Shown one piece after another: positions 27,470-30,290 of a DNA stretch of 30,290 nucleotides; the first letter of the stretch is position 1; each line of letters begins with the position of its first letter. The stretch is from the IMG/VR virus record IMGVR_UViG_3300032283_000744, positions 1-30,290 of that record. The stretch is one strand, 5' to 3'. The translations under genes were made by a program, and so were the position numbers. The stretch comes from a virus. Taxonomy: Duplodnaviria; Caudoviricetes. The notes below the pieces were generated by a model, which did not search any database, had not been told where the DNA came from, and saw only the letters and a list, made by a program, of their open reading frames with translations.

Positions 27470-27811
27470 ATGGATATTAATAAAGCTAAATATAACATTA
27501 ATGAAGAAGAATCGATTCTAGGCATATACGTCTGGGAGATGCCTGACGGTAGATGGATTGGAGACGACGATGGGAACTTTCTTTCAATCACGTCCAAAAA
27601 AGGAAATAGACCCAACATCGATGCTTTGGCTAGAGAAGTTCGCTCATTCGGTATACATCAAGGCGGGCCTAAATTTCTTTCAGCAAGACGTAAAATTGAT
27701 GACGAAGAGTTCGAGTATCAAAAGCAAAGACTCAATTGGGGATTAGTTCCAGATCCATATGATATTGGAAACTATAAAGACGAAATGAAAAAAATAGGTG
27801 GTTTAAAATGA
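27470..27811 (+). CDS. Hypothetical protein immediately upstream of portal (113-115 aa)
   Basis: Intact ORF overlapping the portal start (ATGA). ATG 27470 is preferred over 27464 because the latter lies upstream of the predicted transcription start. Confidence 0.7.
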   Translation: MDINKAKYNINEEESILGIYVWEMPDGRWIGDDDGNFLSITSKKGNRPNIDALAREVRSFGIHQGGPKFLSARRKIDDEEFEYQKQRLNWGLVPDPYDIGNYKDEMKKIGGLK

Positions 27812-29391
27812 CAGTAGAATTTATCGGAGAAGATAACTCAGAAAACATTATCGACATATCAAATACAGCGGATTGGTTTTCTTTTAAAAAGGATGAAAAA
27901 AACAACGACCCGTTTGCAGTAGGCCTAGAAGACATCAAAAAGCTTAGAGGTCTCGGGTCATCATTTAAGCGTAGAATTAATAGAGAGTTTTCTAAATCAT
28001 TCTCAGGCATTGAAGATACTGGAACACAACAAAACCTATTGGCACAAGCAATTAGCGGATACGCTATGTTTGATCTTATTGAGCCTCCATATAACCAAGA
28101 GTATCTTTCAAAGATTTATGAAATTTCAACATATAACTATGCAGCAATTAATGCAAAGGTTGCCAATATTGTTGGCCTAGGTTATGACTTTATTGAAACA
28201 AAGAAAACAAATGATGCCTTTGATTCAATAACAGATGACAAACAGCTTGAGAGGGCACGTAGAAAGCTAAATAAGCTTCGTCAAGATCTACACGCTTGGC
28301 TAGATACAACGAATACCGAAGACACATTTACACAAACATTGATCAAGGTTTATACAGATCTTGAAGCAACAGGAAATGGATATATTGAGGTAGGAAGAAC
28401 AACAGGCGGAGACATTGGGTACATTGGGCATATCCCAGCAAAGACAATGCGTGTTCGCAGACTTAGAGATGGCTTCATTCAACTGCTGTATGGCAAGGCT
28501 GTATTCTTTAATAACTTTGGCGAGAACGAAACAGAGAACCCAATCGCTGGTCAAGAAGATCGCCCAAATGAGATTATTCATTTTAAGAAGTACACACCCA
28601 TGAATAACTATTATGGAATTCCAGACATCATTGCAGCACAGGTAGCTCTTGCTGGAAATGAATTATCTGGACGTTACAATCTAGATTACTTTGAAAACAA
28701 AGCGGTCCCAAGATATATTATTACAGTTAAGGGCGCAAAGCTTTCTCCAGAATCAGAAAGAAAATTGCTTGAATTTTTCCAAGTTGGGTTAAAGGGAAAA
28801 AATCACAGATCCCTATATGTTCCACTTCCAGCAGATAGCCCAGACTCAAAAGTTGAATTTAAAATGGAGCCTATTGAAGCAGGAAATCAAGAAGGATCAT
28901 TTGAGAAATATCGCAAATCAAATAGAGACGAAATCCTATTAGCTCACCGTGTGCCGATTAATAAAATTGGAACTCCAGAGGGAGTTAATTTAGCAGTAGC
29001 CCGAGATGCTGATAAAACATTTAAAGAGCAGGTTTGCCGCCCAGCCCAAATGACCCTTGAGAAAAAAATTAATGCAATATTTGATGAAAAAACAGATGCC
29101 CTAACTTTAAAGTTTAATGAATTAACTTTAACTGATGAAGACACTCAATCTCAAATAGATGAAAGATATTTAAGAATGCAGGTAATTACTCCAAACGAAG
29201 TTAGAATTAGAAAAGGAATGATACCTGTTGAGGGCGGAGATAAAATGGTTGAATTAAAGCCCCAAGAGGCTGCTGATCAAAAAGCAACCGCTGGGAAAAC
29301 CAGGGCCCGAGATTCTGAAAGATCCGCATCCTCCTCAGATAAAGTGGGAGAAGGCCGAAATGCCAAGGGCGAAGGAAGACGGGTCGACTAA
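27808..29391 (+). CDS. Phage portal protein (HK97/PBSX-type, 527 aa)
   Basis: DLEATGNGYIEV, EIIHFK...YYGIP, YFENKAVP, EILLAHRVP..KIG and VITPNEVR...G..P..GGD are portal motifs. It precedes a prohead protease. Confidence 0.92.
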   Translation: MTVEFIGEDNSENIIDISNTADWFSFKKDEKNNDPFAVGLEDIKKLRGLGSSFKRRINREFSKSFSGIEDTGTQQNLLAQAISGYAMFDLIEPPYNQEYLSKIYEISTYNYAAINAKVANIVGLGYDFIETKKTNDAFDSITDDKQLERARRKLNKLRQDLHAWLDTTNTEDTFTQTLIKVYTDLEATGNGYIEVGRTTGGDIGYIGHIPAKTMRVRRLRDGFIQLLYGKAVFFNNFGENETENPIAGQEDRPNEIIHFKKYTPMNNYYGIPDIIAAQVALAGNELSGRYNLDYFENKAVPRYIITVKGAKLSPESERKLLEFFQVGLKGKNHRSLYVPLPADSPDSKVEFKMEPIEAGNQEGSFEKYRKSNRDEILLAHRVPINKIGTPEGVNLAVARDADKTFKEQVCRPAQMTLEKKINAIFDEKTDALTLKFNELTLTDEDTQSQIDERYLRMQVITPNEVRIRKGMIPVEGGDKMVELKPQEAADQKATAGKTRARDSERSASSSDKVGEGRNAKGEGRRVD

Positions 29392-29408
29392 GTCCACTCA
29401 ACTGTTAT

Positions 29409-29437
29409 TTGCTTTATAGTGTAGAACGCTATAAAAT
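29409..29437 (+). promoter_or_regulatory. sigmaA-type promoter TTGCTT-N17-TAAAAT; predicted start site at or next to ATG 29445
   Basis: TTGCTT at 29409-29414, TAAAAT at 29432-29437, ATG 8 nt later, no SD. Confidence 0.6.
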
Positions 29438-29444
29438 TAAGCAT

Positions 29445-30290
29445 ATGAACATTGAAAAGTCTTTATGGACCAGTGATGGAAACGTCATTAATTTGTCGGT
29501 ACCTTTTACTAAGGTTAACCGTGAAAAAAGAACGGTCTCAGGATTTGCTACTCTAGACAACATTGATCAAACAGGAGATGTTGTAACTTCAGAGTCAAGC
29601 CTAAAGGCATTTGAAAGTTTCCGTGGAAACATTCGTGAGATGCATGGATCAAACGCAGTAGGCAAGATGGTCTCATTTAGACCAGAAACTTTTTATGATC
29701 CAAAGGCAAAAGAATTTTTTAACGGAGTTTATGTAGATGCATACATTTCAAAAGGCGCTCAAGACACTTGGGAAAAAGTTTTAGACGGAACCCTATCTGG
29801 ATTCTCAATTGGCGGAAAAATTCTTGAATCAGATAATGAAGTAAACAAGGCGAACGGTAAGACCGTAAGATTTATTAAGAACTATGAACTAATTGAACTT
29901 TCTATTGTTGATTCACCAGCAAATGAACTTTGTAACATTCTTTCTATTCAGAAAGTAAATGGACAATACATTGCTAAGGGAATTGCAGTAGGTGTAGTAA
30001 CTGAAAACATATTCTACTGTGCAGACAGTGATTCTGTTTTTATCTCAACAGATAAAACATATGACTCTCCAGTATCTGGAAAGCCAGCGGAGTTAATAGG
30101 ATGGGTTGAAAGCTCAGACGTTAACAAAGCAAAAGAGATAGATAAAATTCTTGATGCACATAAGCAATCAAGATTTACGTTGCCTGAAACACAAACAATT
30201 GCAAAACAGGCAAACGCAGAAGGAGGTAATGAAATGTCAGATAATACAGAAAACGTAGTTGTCGAAGATGTTGCAGCAGAGGCACCAGCC
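29445..30290 (+). CDS. HK97-type prohead (capsid maturation) protease with probable C-terminal scaffold; 3'-truncated and absent from the ORF track
   Basis: Manual translation MNIEKSLW...RTVSGFATLDNIDQTGDVV...IREMH...LSGFSIGG...ELSIVDSPAN shows the catalytic His and Ser motifs. The frame is open to the window end. Confidence 0.9.
   Translation, partial: MNIEKSLWTSDGNVINLSVPFTKVNREKRTVSGFATLDNIDQTGDVVTSESSLKAFESFRGNIREMHGSNAVGKMVSFRPETFYDPKAKEFFNGVYVDAYISKGAQDTWEKVLDGTLSGFSIGGKILESDNEVNKANGKTVRFIKNYELIELSIVDSPANELCNILSIQKVNGQYIAKGIAVGVVTENIFYCADSDSVFISTDKTYDSPVSGKPAELIGWVESSDVNKAKEIDKILDAHKQSRFTLPETQTIAKQANAEGGNEMSDNTENVVVEDVAAEAPA
30221..30236 (+). promoter_or_regulatory. Internal SD AGGAGGT plus in-frame ATG 30234 (nested scaffold start)
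   Basis: Perfect SD 6 nt before an ATG in frame with 29445. The downstream peptide MSDNTENVVVEDVAAEAPA is acidic and scaffold-like. Confidence 0.7.

Overview
This window is 30 kb of a tailed dsDNA phage (Caudoviricetes) structural region. It is AT-rich, every credible gene is on the + strand, and genes are tightly packed, often with TAATG/ATGA overlaps. About 27 kb encodes fibre, adhesin and virion-decoration proteins: a coiled-coil fibre, four collagen-like Gly-X-Thr proteins, two glycine-rich adhesin-like proteins, beta-propeller, LamG and FN3 proteins, and tail-assembly chaperones. A portal gene and a 3'-truncated HK97-type prohead protease/scaffold gene follow. Two enzyme modules sit among the fibre genes. 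(1) A coupled cassette of beta-propeller, coiled-coil protein, unknown protein, U32-family Fe-S protein fused to a SAM methyltransferase, and a DUF401-like membrane protein. This is the best candidate for an undescribed system, probably hydroxylate-then-methylate chemistry. (2) A GT2+TPR glycosyltransferase between Gly-X-Thr collagen genes, which suggests phage-encoded O-glycosylation of the fibres. Other signals: a complete type-1 copper ligand set at one fibre tip, duplicated adaptor-chaperone-tip triads, sigmaA-type promoters that appear to give leaderless mRNAs (hinting at an actinobacterial host), and a nested in-frame scaffold start. All family assignments come from motif recognition by eye; no database searches were run.
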